Positions 9,446 to 19,100 are shown, counted from the first letter of the stretch. The stretch: 48,848 bases of DNA from an uncultured Eubacteriales bacterium (GCA_964602275.1 CAZRQF010000001.1:1-48848); one strand, 5' to 3'. The notes: a model not told the origin generated them from the letters alone. A program made the numbers and translations.

Positions 9446-10189
9446 ATGCGTTTTTATGGGGTTACTGATGTGGGGCGAGAACGAAGTATAAATGAGGATT
9501 ATATTTTGGTGCCGAAATCGTCAGAAGATTTAAAAATATTCATATTGGCTGATGGAATGGGTGGAGCTAATGCCGGGGAAGTGGCAAGTAAAGAAGCCGC
9601 AGAAGCAAGTAAAGCGTATATTGAAAAAAATATTGAAAAACTACTTAGTGGCGATCCGGATGAAATTAGAAAAGTAATACAAGATGCGATATTAGAGGCG
9701 AATAAAAAAGTTATTGAGCTTTCAAACGCTATTTTAGAATATCAAGGCATGGGTACAACTTTAATTATTTTGTATATTTTAAAAAACAAAGTATATATAG
9801 GACATGTTGGAGATAGCAGAGTGTATAGAATTAGAAAGAATATAATTAGACAATTAACGAAAGACCATTCATTTGTTCAAGAATTAGTAAATAGCGGAAC
9901 AATAACTAGAGAAGAGGCAAAGAATCATCCGCAAAAAAATGCATTAACTAAAGTAATTGGTTATGAGGAAAATTTAAATCCTGATATAATAACAAAAGGA
10001 TTTTTAAAAGATGATGTAATATTAATTTGCTCAGACGGATTATCAAATATGCTTGAAAACAGGGAAATATACAATACAATTGTTGAAAATATTTCTGATG
10101 TTAAACTTGTGAGCGAAGAATTAATTGCCAAGGCAAATGAAGCTGGCGGACTAGATAATATAAGTGCAATAACGATTTCTAATGATTAA
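9446..10189 (+). CDS. stp: PP2C-family Ser/Thr phosphatase
   Basis: PP2C motifs TDVGRERSINED, LADGMGG, GDSRVY and SDGL. The gene lies immediately upstream of prkC. Confidence 0.9.
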   Translation: MRFYGVTDVGRERSINEDYILVPKSSEDLKIFILADGMGGANAGEVASKEAAEASKAYIEKNIEKLLSGDPDEIRKVIQDAILEANKKVIELSNAILEYQGMGTTLIILYILKNKVYIGHVGDSRVYRIRKNIIRQLTKDHSFVQELVNSGTITREEAKNHPQKNALTKVIGYEENLNPDIITKGFLKDDVILICSDGLSNMLENREIYNTIVENISDVKLVSEELIAKANEAGGLDNISAITISND

Positions 10190-10203
10190 CTGGAGGTTAT
10201 ACA

Positions 10204-12198
10204 ATGGAATTAGTAGGTAAAATATTAGGAAATAGATATGAGATTTTAGAGAAAATCGGTACGGGCGGGATGGCAACCGTATACGAAGCAAAATGTAAAT
10301 TACTTAATCGAAAAGTTGCGATAAAAGTGCTAAAAGATGAGTTCTCAAACGATTCTGAATTTATAAAAAGATTTCAAGTTGAAGCTCAATCTGCTGCAAG
10401 TTTATCTCATCCAAATATTGTTTCTATATATGATGTTGGAAATGAAGACGGACTACACTATATAGTAATGGAGCTTATAAAAGGTAAAACATTAAAAGAA
10501 GTGATAACAGAAAAAGGTAGATTGCCATGGGAAGAAGCTGTTGATATTGCATCGCAGATAGCTTCCGGTTTAGAGCAAGCACATAAAAATCATATTGTGC
10601 ATAGAGATATAAAACCACATAACATTATAATGACGAAAGATGGAGTTGCCAAAGTAACTGACTTTGGTATAGCAAAAGCTGTTTCAAATTCAACAATAAA
10701 TGCATATGGTACTACGGTTGGTTCTGTACATTATTTTTCGCCAGAACATGCAAGAGGTGGATATACAGATGAAAAGTCTGATATATATTCTTTGGGTGTT
10801 GTCTTATACGAAATGGTTACAGGTAGACTTCCTTTCGATGGCGATACACCAGTTAGTGTTGCATTAAAGCATCTTCAAGAAACACCAGTATCTCCAATAG
10901 ATATAGTGCCTACAATTCCGAAAGCTTTAAATGATATAATACTTAAAGCTATGAAAAAAGAAGTAAGTGAAAGATACGAATCTGCTGCCGAAATGAATGC
11001 AGATTTGAAAAATGTATTGAAATCTCCAAATACAGCGGGAATACAAAGGGTTAATAAAAGTGATTATCCAACACAAAAAATTCCTATTGTTGGAGTAAAC
11101 AATAGAGCAGAAGTTAGAGATACTACTTCTATAAAGAATAGAAATGGTGGGGAAGAAGAAATGGCAAAGAAAAAGAAAATAACTAAAAAGCAAGCAGTTA
11201 TTAGATTGGTATTGTATTTGTGTTTAGCAGTCGGTATTACACTTGTTACAGCACTTATTACTAGTGCAGCGTTAAATATGATAGGCGGAAATGAAACTGT
11301 GAAAGTGCCAAGTGTAGTTGGATACCATAAAGACGAAGCAGAAAAGATTTTGAAAGAAGCAGGACTTGAAATGTTTATAGAGGCTAATGTAGAAAATGCT
11401 GATTATGCAAAAGACTATATTACTTATCAAAATTATGATGGATATGAAATGAAAAAAGGTACAACTATAAATGTTAAAGTTAGTAAAGGTGCAAAAACAG
11501 TACTTGTGCCAAAAGTTACAGATATGTCAATCGAAGCTGCAAAAATTAAAATAGAAGAAAATAATTTAGTATTTAAGAAAGAAGAAGAACCAAGTTCAAC
11601 AGTTCCAGCAGGAGAGATAACAAGACAATATCCTACATTTAATACTGAAGTTGAAGAAAATTCTGAAGTTATAGTATATGTAAGTGCAGGCGTAACAGAT
11701 GGAATGACAAAAGTTCCAAATGTTTATGGAAAAACAGAAGCAGAAGCAAGACAACTTTTAGATACAGCTAATTTGTTAATTCGTGTTGAATATGTAAAAA
11801 AATCTAACGCAGAAAATGGCAAGGTTGTAGATCAATCAATAGAGGCAGATACATTTGTTTCAGAATTAACTGAGATCGTAATAATGGTAAATGATTTAGA
11901 CGGTGAGACAGAAAATAATTCAAATAAAGATAATACAGATAATACAGATAATACAACAAAACCATCAACAAGTAAAAGGACAATTACAATAGATATTTCT
12001 AAAAAAGGTGTAAGAGATATATTTACACTTAGAGTTGAATTACAAGGAACATCAATCGGAAAACAAATATTATACGAAGGTGTACATTCAAGAAGTGATA
12101 AATCAGTAGAAGTATCAGTTGATAAAGATGTTTCAGGAATGTTAAGAGTGTATGTTGATGATAAATTAGATTCAGAGATGTTGATAGAAAAACAGTAA
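10204..12198 (+). CDS. prkC: Ser/Thr protein kinase with PASTA repeats (PrkC/Stk1)
   Basis: Hanks kinase motifs GTGGMATVY, HRDIKPHN, DFGIA and SPE, then one TM helix, three PASTA-like repeats (VPSVVG, VPKVTD, VPNVYG) and an extra C-terminal beta-rich domain. Confidence 0.92.
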   Translation: MELVGKILGNRYEILEKIGTGGMATVYEAKCKLLNRKVAIKVLKDEFSNDSEFIKRFQVEAQSAASLSHPNIVSIYDVGNEDGLHYIVMELIKGKTLKEVITEKGRLPWEEAVDIASQIASGLEQAHKNHIVHRDIKPHNIIMTKDGVAKVTDFGIAKAVSNSTINAYGTTVGSVHYFSPEHARGGYTDEKSDIYSLGVVLYEMVTGRLPFDGDTPVSVALKHLQETPVSPIDIVPTIPKALNDIILKAMKKEVSERYESAAEMNADLKNVLKSPNTAGIQRVNKSDYPTQKIPIVGVNNRAEVRDTTSIKNRNGGEEEMAKKKKITKKQAVIRLVLYLCLAVGITLVTALITSAALNMIGGNETVKVPSVVGYHKDEAEKILKEAGLEMFIEANVENADYAKDYITYQNYDGYEMKKGTTINVKVSKGAKTVLVPKVTDMSIEAAKIKIEENNLVFKKEEEPSSTVPAGEITRQYPTFNTEVEENSEVIVYVSAGVTDGMTKVPNVYGKTEAEARQLLDTANLLIRVEYVKKSNAENGKVVDQSIEADTFVSELTEIVIMVNDLDGETENNSNKDNTDNTDNTTKPSTSKRTITIDISKKGVRDIFTLRVELQGTSIGKQILYEGVHSRSDKSVEVSVDKDVSGMLRVYVDDKLDSEMLIEKQ

Positions 12199-12213
12199 AT
12201 GTAATAGTAGGGG

Positions 12214-13071
12214 ATGAACAAAATTAAAGGGTTAGTTACGAAAGTTTATTCAGATAAATATAAAGTTTCAGTTGATGGCAAAAATGTCGAATGCGGTGCA
12301 AGAGGAATATTTAAACTTACTAAGAACAAACCGCTAGTAGGAGATATTGTTGAAATAAAAAATGATGTGATAGAAAAAATTTATCCAAGAAAAAATGAGT
12401 TTATAAGACCACCGATAGCTAATATTGAACAATTAGTTATCGTGGTAGCAGTTTCAAATCCGAAGCCTGATTTACTTTTGCTAGACAAACAATTGATTAT
12501 GGCAAAAAGAAATAATGTTGAACCTTTTATATGTATAAATAAAATTGATTTAAGAGATGATTATGAGGATATTGTATCAACTTATGAAGATATTGGATAT
12601 CAAGTGATTACGACAAACGCAAAAGATGGCATTGGCGTTGAAAAATTAGCGGTGATTTTGCAAAATAAAGTTACGGCGTTTACAGGAAATTCGGGAGTAG
12701 GAAAATCTGCTTTAACGAATAGTATTTTTAAAGAAGAAATTTCTGAAGAGGGCGAAACTTCTAAAAAATTAGAAAAAGGTAAGCACACAACAAAATTTGT
12801 GGAACTTTATGAAGTTGCACCTAATAGCTATATTGCAGACACTCCTGGTTTTTCAACTTATGAATTAAAAGATATAAACTATCGTGAATTAGACAGGTAT
12901 TTTGTTGAGTTTATTCCACATATTCAAGAGTGCAAATATAGAGGGTGCACTCATATAAAAGAAGAAAAGTGTGCAGTAAAAAAAGCTGTTGAAAAAAGGC
13001 TTATAAGTAAAGGCAGATATGAAAGATATTGTATGCTTTATGAAAAGTTAAAAGGAGAAAACAAATGGTAA
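12214..13071 (+). CDS. rsgA: ribosome small-subunit-dependent GTPase A
   Basis: Circularly permuted GTPase (NKIDL before GNSGVGKSAL) with a C-terminal zinc-knuckle CKYRGCTHIKEEKC. Confidence 0.9.
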   Translation: MNKIKGLVTKVYSDKYKVSVDGKNVECGARGIFKLTKNKPLVGDIVEIKNDVIEKIYPRKNEFIRPPIANIEQLVIVVAVSNPKPDLLLLDKQLIMAKRNNVEPFICINKIDLRDDYEDIVSTYEDIGYQVITTNAKDGIGVEKLAVILQNKVTAFTGNSGVGKSALTNSIFKEEISEEGETSKKLEKGKHTTKFVELYEVAPNSYIADTPGFSTYELKDINYRELDRYFVEFIPHIQECKYRGCTHIKEEKCAVKKAVEKRLISKGRYERYCMLYEKLKGENKW

Positions 13072-13700
13072 AAATAGCTCCATCAATTTTAGCAGCAGAT
13101 ATGAATAATTTAGAAAGAGATATAAAAGAAGTAGCAAGCTTAGGTGCAGATTATATTCACATAGATGTTATGGATGGAAAATTTGTACCAAATGAAACAG
13201 ATGGATTAATGATGTTAAAATCAGCTAAAAACGCTACTGATACAGTTTTAGATGTTCATTTTATGGTAGAAAATCCATTAGAATATATAAAACCATTTAT
13301 AGAAGATGCAGATATTATTACATTTCATATAGAAGCGGTCGATAAAGTTCAATTAGAAGAAATAATTAAGCTTTTAAAAGCTAAAAATAAAAAGATTGGT
13401 ATTGCACTAAAACCAAAAACATCAATAAATGGGGTAATACCTTTTTTGGAAAAAATAGATATGGTATTAATTATGACAGTTGAGCCGGGCTTTGGAGGGC
13501 AAAAATTAATACCAGAAACTATAGAAAAAATAAGTGACTTAAAGAAGATAAAACCCGAATTGGATATTGAAGTAGACGGAGGCATAAATTTAGATACGGC
13601 AAAGCTGGTAAAAGAAGCGGGAGCAAATGTTTTTGTTGCAGGAACGGCAATATTTAAAAGCAAAGATAAAAGAAAAACAATAGACGAATTAAGAAACTAG
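13065..13700 (+). CDS. rpe: ribulose-phosphate 3-epimerase
   Basis: IAPSILAAD, HIDVMDG, VEPGFGGQ and VDGGIN motifs. The gene overlaps the rsgA stop. Confidence 0.92.
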   Translation: MVKIAPSILAADMNNLERDIKEVASLGADYIHIDVMDGKFVPNETDGLMMLKSAKNATDTVLDVHFMVENPLEYIKPFIEDADIITFHIEAVDKVQLEEIIKLLKAKNKKIGIALKPKTSINGVIPFLEKIDMVLIMTVEPGFGGQKLIPETIEKISDLKKIKPELDIEVDGGINLDTAKLVKEAGANVFVAGTAIFKSKDKRKTIDELRN

Positions 13701-13723
13701 AAGGAAAAAACTTCTAGTTTTTT
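13697..13723 (+). terminator. intrinsic terminator after rpe
   Basis: ctagaag (13697-13703) pairs with cttctag (13711-13717), followed by a T6 run. Confidence 0.75.
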
Positions 13724-13807
13724 GTTGTGGCTTTTGATGAGCTACCAGGCAGGATATGAAATTGTACTTTTTGGCGGGGCAAAAGTGGGGCATACCAAAA
13801 ATAGTTC

Positions 13808-13836
13808 TGTACATTTATGTAAACATGTGCTATAAT
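13808..13836 (+). promoter_or_regulatory. putative extended -10 promoter for the DEAD-box helicase
   Basis: TGcTATAAT with TATAAT at 13831-13836. The -35 (tgtaca) is weak. This predicts a leader of roughly 145 nt. Confidence 0.4.
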
Positions 13837-13923
13837 AGAAAATGGTTAAAAAAGTCGTTTAATATAGTATGTAGTTTGTTTATAGGAAAAATAGCGGATA
13901 GCTAGTGTCGAATAAATTGTCCT

Positions 13924-13965
13924 TAGCCTTAAAACAGATAGCATATTTGTTTTAGGGCTATTTTT
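13924..13965 (+). promoter_or_regulatory. terminator-like hairpin in the helicase leader (possible attenuator)
   Basis: A 13-bp stem, tagccttaaaaca (13924-13936) with tgttttagggcta (13948-13960, one G-U pair), followed by TTTTT at 13961-13965. It ends 20 nt before ATG 13986. Confidence 0.5.
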
Positions 13966-13985
13966 ATGCCAGAAAGAGGTTAGAT

Positions 13986-15578
13986 ATGGAAAGTAAAAAA
14001 TTAAAATTTGAAGATACGATTTTGTCAGACAACATTAAAAGAGCATTGTTGGAAAATGGCTATGTAGAAGCAACTCCTATTCAAAGTAAAACGCTAGAAC
14101 ATTTGCTAGATGGAAAGGATGTTATTGGACAGTCGCAAACGGGAACAGGTAAAACTGCAGCATATGGGCTTCCTATAATAAATTCAATAGATAAAAGTTT
14201 GAATAAAGTTCAGGCACTTATTTTATGTCCGACAAGAGAACTTGCACTTCAAGTGGTAGGCGAGCTAAGAAAATTTGCTAAGTATGAAGATGGCATAAAA
14301 TCACTTGCCGTATATGGTGGCGAGGGCATAGAAAAACAGATTGTGGCTCTAAAAAAAGGTGTAAAAATTGTAGTAGGAACACCTGGTAGAATAATGGACC
14401 ATATGAGAAGAAAGACTATAAAGTTAAATAACATTAAAACAGTTGTATTAGATGAAGCAGATGAGATGCTTAGCATGGGATTTGAAGAAGATATTGAAAC
14501 AATTTTGAAAGAAACACCTAATGAGCGTCAAACGGTACTATTTTCAGCAACGCTAGATGCAAGAATAAGAGCGATTGCGAATAAATATTTAAAAGAACCA
14601 CTAGAAGTGAAGATAAAAGCGAAAGAATTGACAGTAGATAAAATTGAGCAAATAGCAATTGAGGTAAAACAATCTATGAAAGATGAAGCTTTATCAAGAA
14701 TAATAGATGTAAATAATCCTAAAAAGGCAGTAGTATTTTGTAACACCAAAAGAAAAGTAGACGACTTGATAGAAACATTAAAGCAAAGAGGATATAGCGC
14801 AGAAAGTCTTCATGGAGATATAAAGCAAATACAAAGAGAAAGAATAATGAAAAGATTCAAAGGTGGGGAGTTTCAAATATTAATAGCAACAGATGTGGTT
14901 GCTAGGGGAATAGATGTTGATGAGCTAAATCTAGTTGTAAATTATGATGTGCCACAAGAAGAAGAATACTATGTGCATAGAATAGGTAGAACTGGTAGAA
15001 ATGGTGCTGAGGGAAAAGCTTATACATTTGTAGTAGGAAAAGAAAAAAGAAAATTAGAGAGCATAGAAAAGTATGCACATACAAAAGTAGCTTTTGGCAA
15101 AATACCTTCAGATGGAGAGATAAAAGAGATAAAAAATAGCAAGTTAGTTACTGAAATCCAAAGTGTAATTGATGAAAATGAATTTGCGAATAATAAGATA
15201 ATAAACGATGTATATGAAAAATTATCGAAATCAAATGATAATGAGAAAGTAGTAAAAGCACTATTAAAAATAGCATTTGGAGAGCAAACCGAAGTTGAAA
15301 ATATGGTGTTTGAAAGTAATGTTGGCAAAAAAGAAGCACAGAAAGGAAATACAAAATTTTTCTTAAGTGTTGGGAAAAAAGATAATGTAAAAGCAAAAGA
15401 CATATTGGGAAGTTTGACATCAAATGTGCCTATATCAGGAAGCTCGATAGGAAAAATAAATGTGTTAGACAAATTTAGCTTTGTAGAAATACCAACACAA
15501 TATGCAAGTGATGTATTATATTGTATGAAAGGTAAACAAATAAAAGGAAAAGATGTGCGAGTAGAAATATCAAACTAA
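13986..15578 (+). CDS. cshA: DEAD-box ATP-dependent RNA helicase with DbpA-type C-terminal RNA-binding domain
   Basis: Q-motif, AQTGTGKT-like SQTGTGKT, DEAD (VLDEADEM), SAT and HRIGRTGR motifs, plus a C-terminal DbpA/RRM-like segment. Confidence 0.9.
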   Translation: MESKKLKFEDTILSDNIKRALLENGYVEATPIQSKTLEHLLDGKDVIGQSQTGTGKTAAYGLPIINSIDKSLNKVQALILCPTRELALQVVGELRKFAKYEDGIKSLAVYGGEGIEKQIVALKKGVKIVVGTPGRIMDHMRRKTIKLNNIKTVVLDEADEMLSMGFEEDIETILKETPNERQTVLFSATLDARIRAIANKYLKEPLEVKIKAKELTVDKIEQIAIEVKQSMKDEALSRIIDVNNPKKAVVFCNTKRKVDDLIETLKQRGYSAESLHGDIKQIQRERIMKRFKGGEFQILIATDVVARGIDVDELNLVVNYDVPQEEEYYVHRIGRTGRNGAEGKAYTFVVGKEKRKLESIEKYAHTKVAFGKIPSDGEIKEIKNSKLVTEIQSVIDENEFANNKIINDVYEKLSKSNDNEKVVKALLKIAFGEQTEVENMVFESNVGKKEAQKGNTKFFLSVGKKDNVKAKDILGSLTSNVPISGSSIGKINVLDKFSFVEIPTQYASDVLYCMKGKQIKGKDVRVEISN

Positions 15579-15581
15579 TAT

Positions 15582-15647
15582 AAAAAAATATCCCGATGTT
15601 ACACTTTTGGCTATAAAGCTAGGTAAAAGAAGCATCGGGATTTTTTT
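15582..15647. terminator. bidirectional terminator between cshA and zur
   Basis: atcccgatg (15590-15598) pairs with catcgggat (15633-15641), with an A7 run on the left and a T7 run on the right. The loop is large (34 nt). Confidence 0.6.
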
Positions 15648-16020
15648 ATTTACATTTATCACAATAACCTTCCAATTCTAAATTATGAGAAGTTATTTTA
15701 AAACCGGTTTTATTTGAGATGTTTTGTTCTAGTTCTTTTAGTGGACATTCTGGTAAGTCGATTTTTTTCTTGCAGTTTTTGCAAATTAAGTAGTGAGTAT
15801 GATTTTCTTTTTTCAATTCATAGCAGTATTCTTTTTCGTCTATTCGTTGTCTTGTAATTAAATCGGCTTCGTATAGTATTTCTAAATTTCTATATATAGT
15901 AGTTAATGCAATGTTAGGCATAGTAGTTAATGCTCTACTTAATATATCATTAGCAGATAGTGGCTTTTTAGCTTTTTTTAATATATCTATAATCAGCGTT
16001 CGTTGTTTTGTATTTTTCAT
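15646..16020 (-). CDS. zur: Fur-family metalloregulator, likely zinc uptake regulator
   Basis: Fur-family winged helix and two CxxC pairs (CKNCKK, CDKCK). The gene is divergent from a zinc ABC uptake operon. Start set at ATG 16020 (MKNTKQRT), preceded by AGGTG. Confidence 0.8.
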   Translation of the reverse strand: MKNTKQRTLIIDILKKAKKPLSANDILSRALTTMPNIALTTIYRNLEILYEADLITRQRIDEKEYCYELKKENHTHYLICKNCKKKIDLPECPLKELEQNISNKTGFKITSHNLELEGYCDKCK

Positions 16021-16078
16021 AATAATACACCTCAAAAGTATTATACATCGAATGAATTTTGAATGCAAATATAAAAAA

Positions 16079-16123
16079 TTGACTTTTAGAATGAAAGATG
16101 ATATAATTGCAAGTGACTTGCAA
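16079..16123 (+). promoter_or_regulatory. znu promoter with overlapping palindromic operator
   Basis: TTGACT (16079-16084), a 17-nt spacer and TATAAT (16102-16107). A perfect 8-1-8 palindrome TTGCAAGTgACTTGCAA at 16107-16123 abuts the -10. Confidence 0.6.
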
Positions 16124-16139
16124 TAAGAAAGGGTTTTGT

Positions 16140-17045
16140 ATGAAAAAAGTTAGTGTATTGTTACTTATTTTAATAATGCTTACAGGTTGCACCGTAAAAG
16201 ATGAAGTAAGAAGCGATGATTTGCAAATTGTGGCTTCTTTTTATCCTGTGTATGTGGCAACTTTAAATATTATAGATGGTGCAGAAAATGTGAGTTTGTC
16301 TAATCTTACAAGCACAGAAGTTGGCTGTTTGCATGATTATCAATTAACTACTGCCAATATGTTTACATTAAATAAGGCAGATGTACTTATTATAAATGGT
16401 GGCGGTATGGAAAATTTTGTACAGAAAGCTATTGATAATTGTAAAGAGTTAAAAGTAGTAGATTCAAGTGAAGGGATTTTAGAAGAGCACGAAGAAGAAC
16501 ATGTTGAGCATGAAGAACATGAACATCACGACCATGGTGAAAATGCTCATATTTGGGTAAGTGTGTCTTTGTATATAAAGCAAGTTGAAAATATAAAAAA
16601 TGGATTGTGTGAAATAGACCCGAGCAATAAAGAAATTTATGAAAAAAATGCAAATGAATATATAGAAAAACTTGAAAAATTGAAAAATGAAATGCATGAA
16701 AAACTAGATGATATTGAAGATAAAAATATAGTTACATTCCATGAAGCGTTTGAATTTTTTGCAGAGGAATTTGATTTAAATGTTGTTGCGGTAATTGAAA
16801 GAGAACCGGGAACATATCCAAGTGCAGGAGAGTTAGCGGAGATAATAGATATTGTAGAGCAAACTAATGCAAAAGCTGTTTATACAGAACTGCAATATTT
16901 TGAGAATGCTGCTAATATAATTGCAAGAGAAACTGGCAAAAAATTATATTCATTAAATCCAATAGTTACTGGTGATTTAGAAAAAGAAGCATACGAAAAA
17001 GCAATGAGAGAAAATTTAGAAGTATTAGTTGAATCATTAAAATAA
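16140..17045 (+). CDS. znuA: zinc ABC transporter substrate-binding lipoprotein (ZnuA/AdcA/TroA family)
   Basis: Lipobox LTGC after the signal peptide, a His/Glu-rich loop HEEEHVEHEEHEHHDHGENAH, and the cluster-9 SBP fold pattern. Confidence 0.88.
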   Translation: MKKVSVLLLILIMLTGCTVKDEVRSDDLQIVASFYPVYVATLNIIDGAENVSLSNLTSTEVGCLHDYQLTTANMFTLNKADVLIINGGGMENFVQKAIDNCKELKVVDSSEGILEEHEEEHVEHEEHEHHDHGENAHIWVSVSLYIKQVENIKNGLCEIDPSNKEIYEKNANEYIEKLEKLKNEMHEKLDDIEDKNIVTFHEAFEFFAEEFDLNVVAVIEREPGTYPSAGELAEIIDIVEQTNAKAVYTELQYFENAANIIARETGKKLYSLNPIVTGDLEKEAYEKAMRENLEVLVESLK

Positions 17046-17057
17046 AGGAGAAAGTTT

Positions 17058-17786
17058 ATGGGATTACGCTGTGGTTTTTGTTGTACGAAGATAAGAAATA
17101 TAAGTGTAAAAATAGGTCAAAAACAGATTTTAGATAAAGTAAATATACATATTCATTGTGGACACATGACTGTTATTATAGGTAAAAACGGTGCTGGAAA
17201 ATCTACACTTTTGAAAGCAATTTTAGGAGAAATACCGCATACAGGTGAAATATTATTTAAAAATAAAGATGCTGACGGTAAAAAAATAAGAATAGGATAT
17301 GTTCCACAAAAGCTAAATGTAGAAAACTCGCCAATGACTGTATATGATATGATTTCAAGCTACACTTCAAACAAACCAGTATTTTTATTTAAAAGCAAAA
17401 AAAATTACGAAGAAATAAAAAAACATCTAAGAGATTTTGGTGCAGAAAATTTGATAGATAGCAAAGTTAATAGATTATCTGGTGGTGAACTTCAAAGAGT
17501 GTTGCTTGCACTTGCTACAATGCCTTATCCAGACTTACTTATATTAGATGAACCGGTGTCTGGAATTGATAGAAATGGTAAAGAGCAATTTTACAAGAAG
17601 ATAGATGAACTTAAAAAGAATCATGATTTAGCGGTGCTTATGGTTTCTCACGATTTTGAATATATAAAAAAATATGCTGATGATGTAATAATGCTTGATG
17701 GAAAAGTTATAGAGAAAGGCAAAGCGGATGATGTCTTCAAAAGCAAAAATTTTATAGAAACTTTTGGAGGTGAAATATCATGTTAA
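17058..17786 (+). CDS. znuC: zinc ABC transporter ATP-binding protein
   Basis: Walker A GKNGAGKST, signature LSGGELQR and Walker B LLILDEP. Confidence 0.88.
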   Translation: MGLRCGFCCTKIRNISVKIGQKQILDKVNIHIHCGHMTVIIGKNGAGKSTLLKAILGEIPHTGEILFKNKDADGKKIRIGYVPQKLNVENSPMTVYDMISSYTSNKPVFLFKSKKNYEEIKKHLRDFGAENLIDSKVNRLSGGELQRVLLALATMPYPDLLILDEPVSGIDRNGKEQFYKKIDELKKNHDLAVLMVSHDFEYIKKYADDVIMLDGKVIEKGKADDVFKSKNFIETFGGEISC

Positions 17787-18577
17787 AGTATGAGTTTATG
17801 CGAAATGCGTTATATGCAATTTTAGCTGTTACACCACTTTTTGGGCTTGTGGGAACTATGATTGTAAATAATAAAATGGCATTTTTTTCAGATTCTTTAG
17901 GGCATTCGGCAATTACAGGGATTGCAATAGGAGCACTACTTGGAATATCAAATCCTACGGTTTCAATGATAATTTTTGCCGTGATATTTGCGTTATTGTT
18001 AAACAAAATAAAAGACTCAAAGAATTCATCAAGAGATACTATAATAAGTGTGTTTTCTTCAACGGCAATAGCCATAGGACTTGTTATACTATCTAAAAAT
18101 GGTAACTTCACAAAATTCTCAAATTATTTGATTGGCGATATTTTAAGTATTGTGCCAAGTGAAATAATAATGATTATAGCAGTAGCACTTGTTATTTTAG
18201 TGTTTTGGCTATTGTTTTTTAACAAATTATTAGCATTGAGCGTTAATGAAACACTTGCAAAAAGCAAAAATATCAATGTAAAGCTTTTTGAAAATTTATT
18301 TATAGTTTTAGTTGCTATAATAGTTATGCTCTCAATAAAATGGGTAGGCGTATTAATAATAAATTCGCTTCTTATATTGCCGGCAGCTGCAAGCAGAAAC
18401 ATTTCAAAAAACATGCGTCAGTATCATTTGTGGGCAGTAGTCTTTTCAGTAGTATCAGGCTTGTTAGGCTTTGTGATTTCTTTCTATCAAAAAATAGCAA
18501 CAGGGCCTACAATTGTACTTGTAGCAAGCGTTATATTCTTTGTTACATATTTACTTAGAAAAAAATCTGAAGATTAA
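17780..18577 (+). CDS. znuB: zinc/manganese ABC transporter permease (ABC-3 family)
   Basis: Polytopic membrane protein of ABC-3 type (FFSDSLGHSAITG). It overlaps the znuC stop. Confidence 0.85.
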   Translation: MLKYEFMRNALYAILAVTPLFGLVGTMIVNNKMAFFSDSLGHSAITGIAIGALLGISNPTVSMIIFAVIFALLLNKIKDSKNSSRDTIISVFSSTAIAIGLVILSKNGNFTKFSNYLIGDILSIVPSEIIMIIAVALVILVFWLLFFNKLLALSVNETLAKSKNINVKLFENLFIVLVAIIVMLSIKWVGVLIINSLLILPAAASRNISKNMRQYHLWAVVFSVVSGLLGFVISFYQKIATGPTIVLVASVIFFVTYLLRKKSED

Positions 18578-18628
18578 TCTAAAATAAAAACTTACGAAAA
18601 TTTTTAAAATATGCTAAAATAATATTAG

Positions 18629-18686
18629 AGCGTGTGGTCTAAATGGCGTAATTCCAGCTTTTTAGATAACACGCTTTTTATTTTTT
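18629..18686 (+). terminator. intrinsic terminator after the znu operon
   Basis: A 15-nt stem, agcgtgtggtctaaa (18629-18643) with tttagataacacgct (18661-18675, 2 mismatches), followed by TTTTTATTTTTT. Confidence 0.65.
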
Positions 18687-18709
18687 AAAGTAAAAAGGGG
18701 TTTTATGTT

Positions 18710-18961
18710 ATGGAAAAGATAAATGAAAAATATTATATAGGAAGTAATAAAAATACATTTATATTGTATGAAAAAAAGATTAGTTCTTCAGGAAAAGAAA
18801 GTTATAAAAATGTGGGATATTTACCATCGCTTGATGCAGTATACAACGCAATTCTTGAAAAAGAAATAAAGGAAGATACATCGCTTTTAAACAATATAAG
18901 GGCAATAAAAGAAATGATACAAGAATTAAAGGATTTTACAGTAAAATATTTAGAAAAATAA
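18710..18961 (+). CDS. hypothetical small protein (83 aa)
   Basis: ORF with upstream AAAAGGGG and normal-looking composition. I recognise no family. Confidence 0.4.
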   Translation: MEKINEKYYIGSNKNTFILYEKKISSSGKESYKNVGYLPSLDAVYNAILEKEIKEDTSLLNNIRAIKEMIQELKDFTVKYLEK

Positions 18962-19022
18962 GTAAAAATAAGGTAAAGTAAAAAAGTATAGGTAAAATTT
19001 AATGCATTTTTTATAAAAACGC

Positions 19023-19051
19023 TTGTCAAATGCGTGTGTCCGTAGTATAAT
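19023..19051 (+). promoter_or_regulatory. sigma-A type promoter of the rimP-nusA-infB operon
   Basis: TTGTCA (19023-19028), a 17-nt spacer and TATAAT (19046-19051). Confidence 0.6.
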
Positions 19052-19076
19052 ATTCATAGCATAATAGTGATTACAT

Positions 19077-19100
19077 AAGAGTGAGGGAGACCTCACTCTT
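19077..19100 (+). promoter_or_regulatory. leader hairpin upstream of rimP
   Basis: aagagtgagg (19077-19086) pairs with cctcactctt (19091-19100) around a GAGA loop. There is no strong T-run. Confidence 0.4.

Noticed and set aside
11929-11955. Three tandem copies of GATAATACA in prkC, encoding DNTDNTDNT
   Set aside because: This is a short in-frame repeat in a linker region. It could slip, but there is no evidence here of phase variation or function.
13737-13835. 32-codon ORF (MSYQAGYEIVLFGGAKVGHTKNSSVHLCKHVL) in the relatively GC-rich patch after rpe
   Set aside because: It has no RBS and its stop lies inside the predicted -10 of the helicase promoter. It might be a relic of the gene that follows rpe in other Firmicutes, but I cannot support that from sequence alone.
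16485-16550. His/Glu-rich repetitive coding stretch in znuA
   Set aside because: This is the expected metal-binding loop of ZnuA/AdcA-type zinc-binding proteins, not an anomaly.
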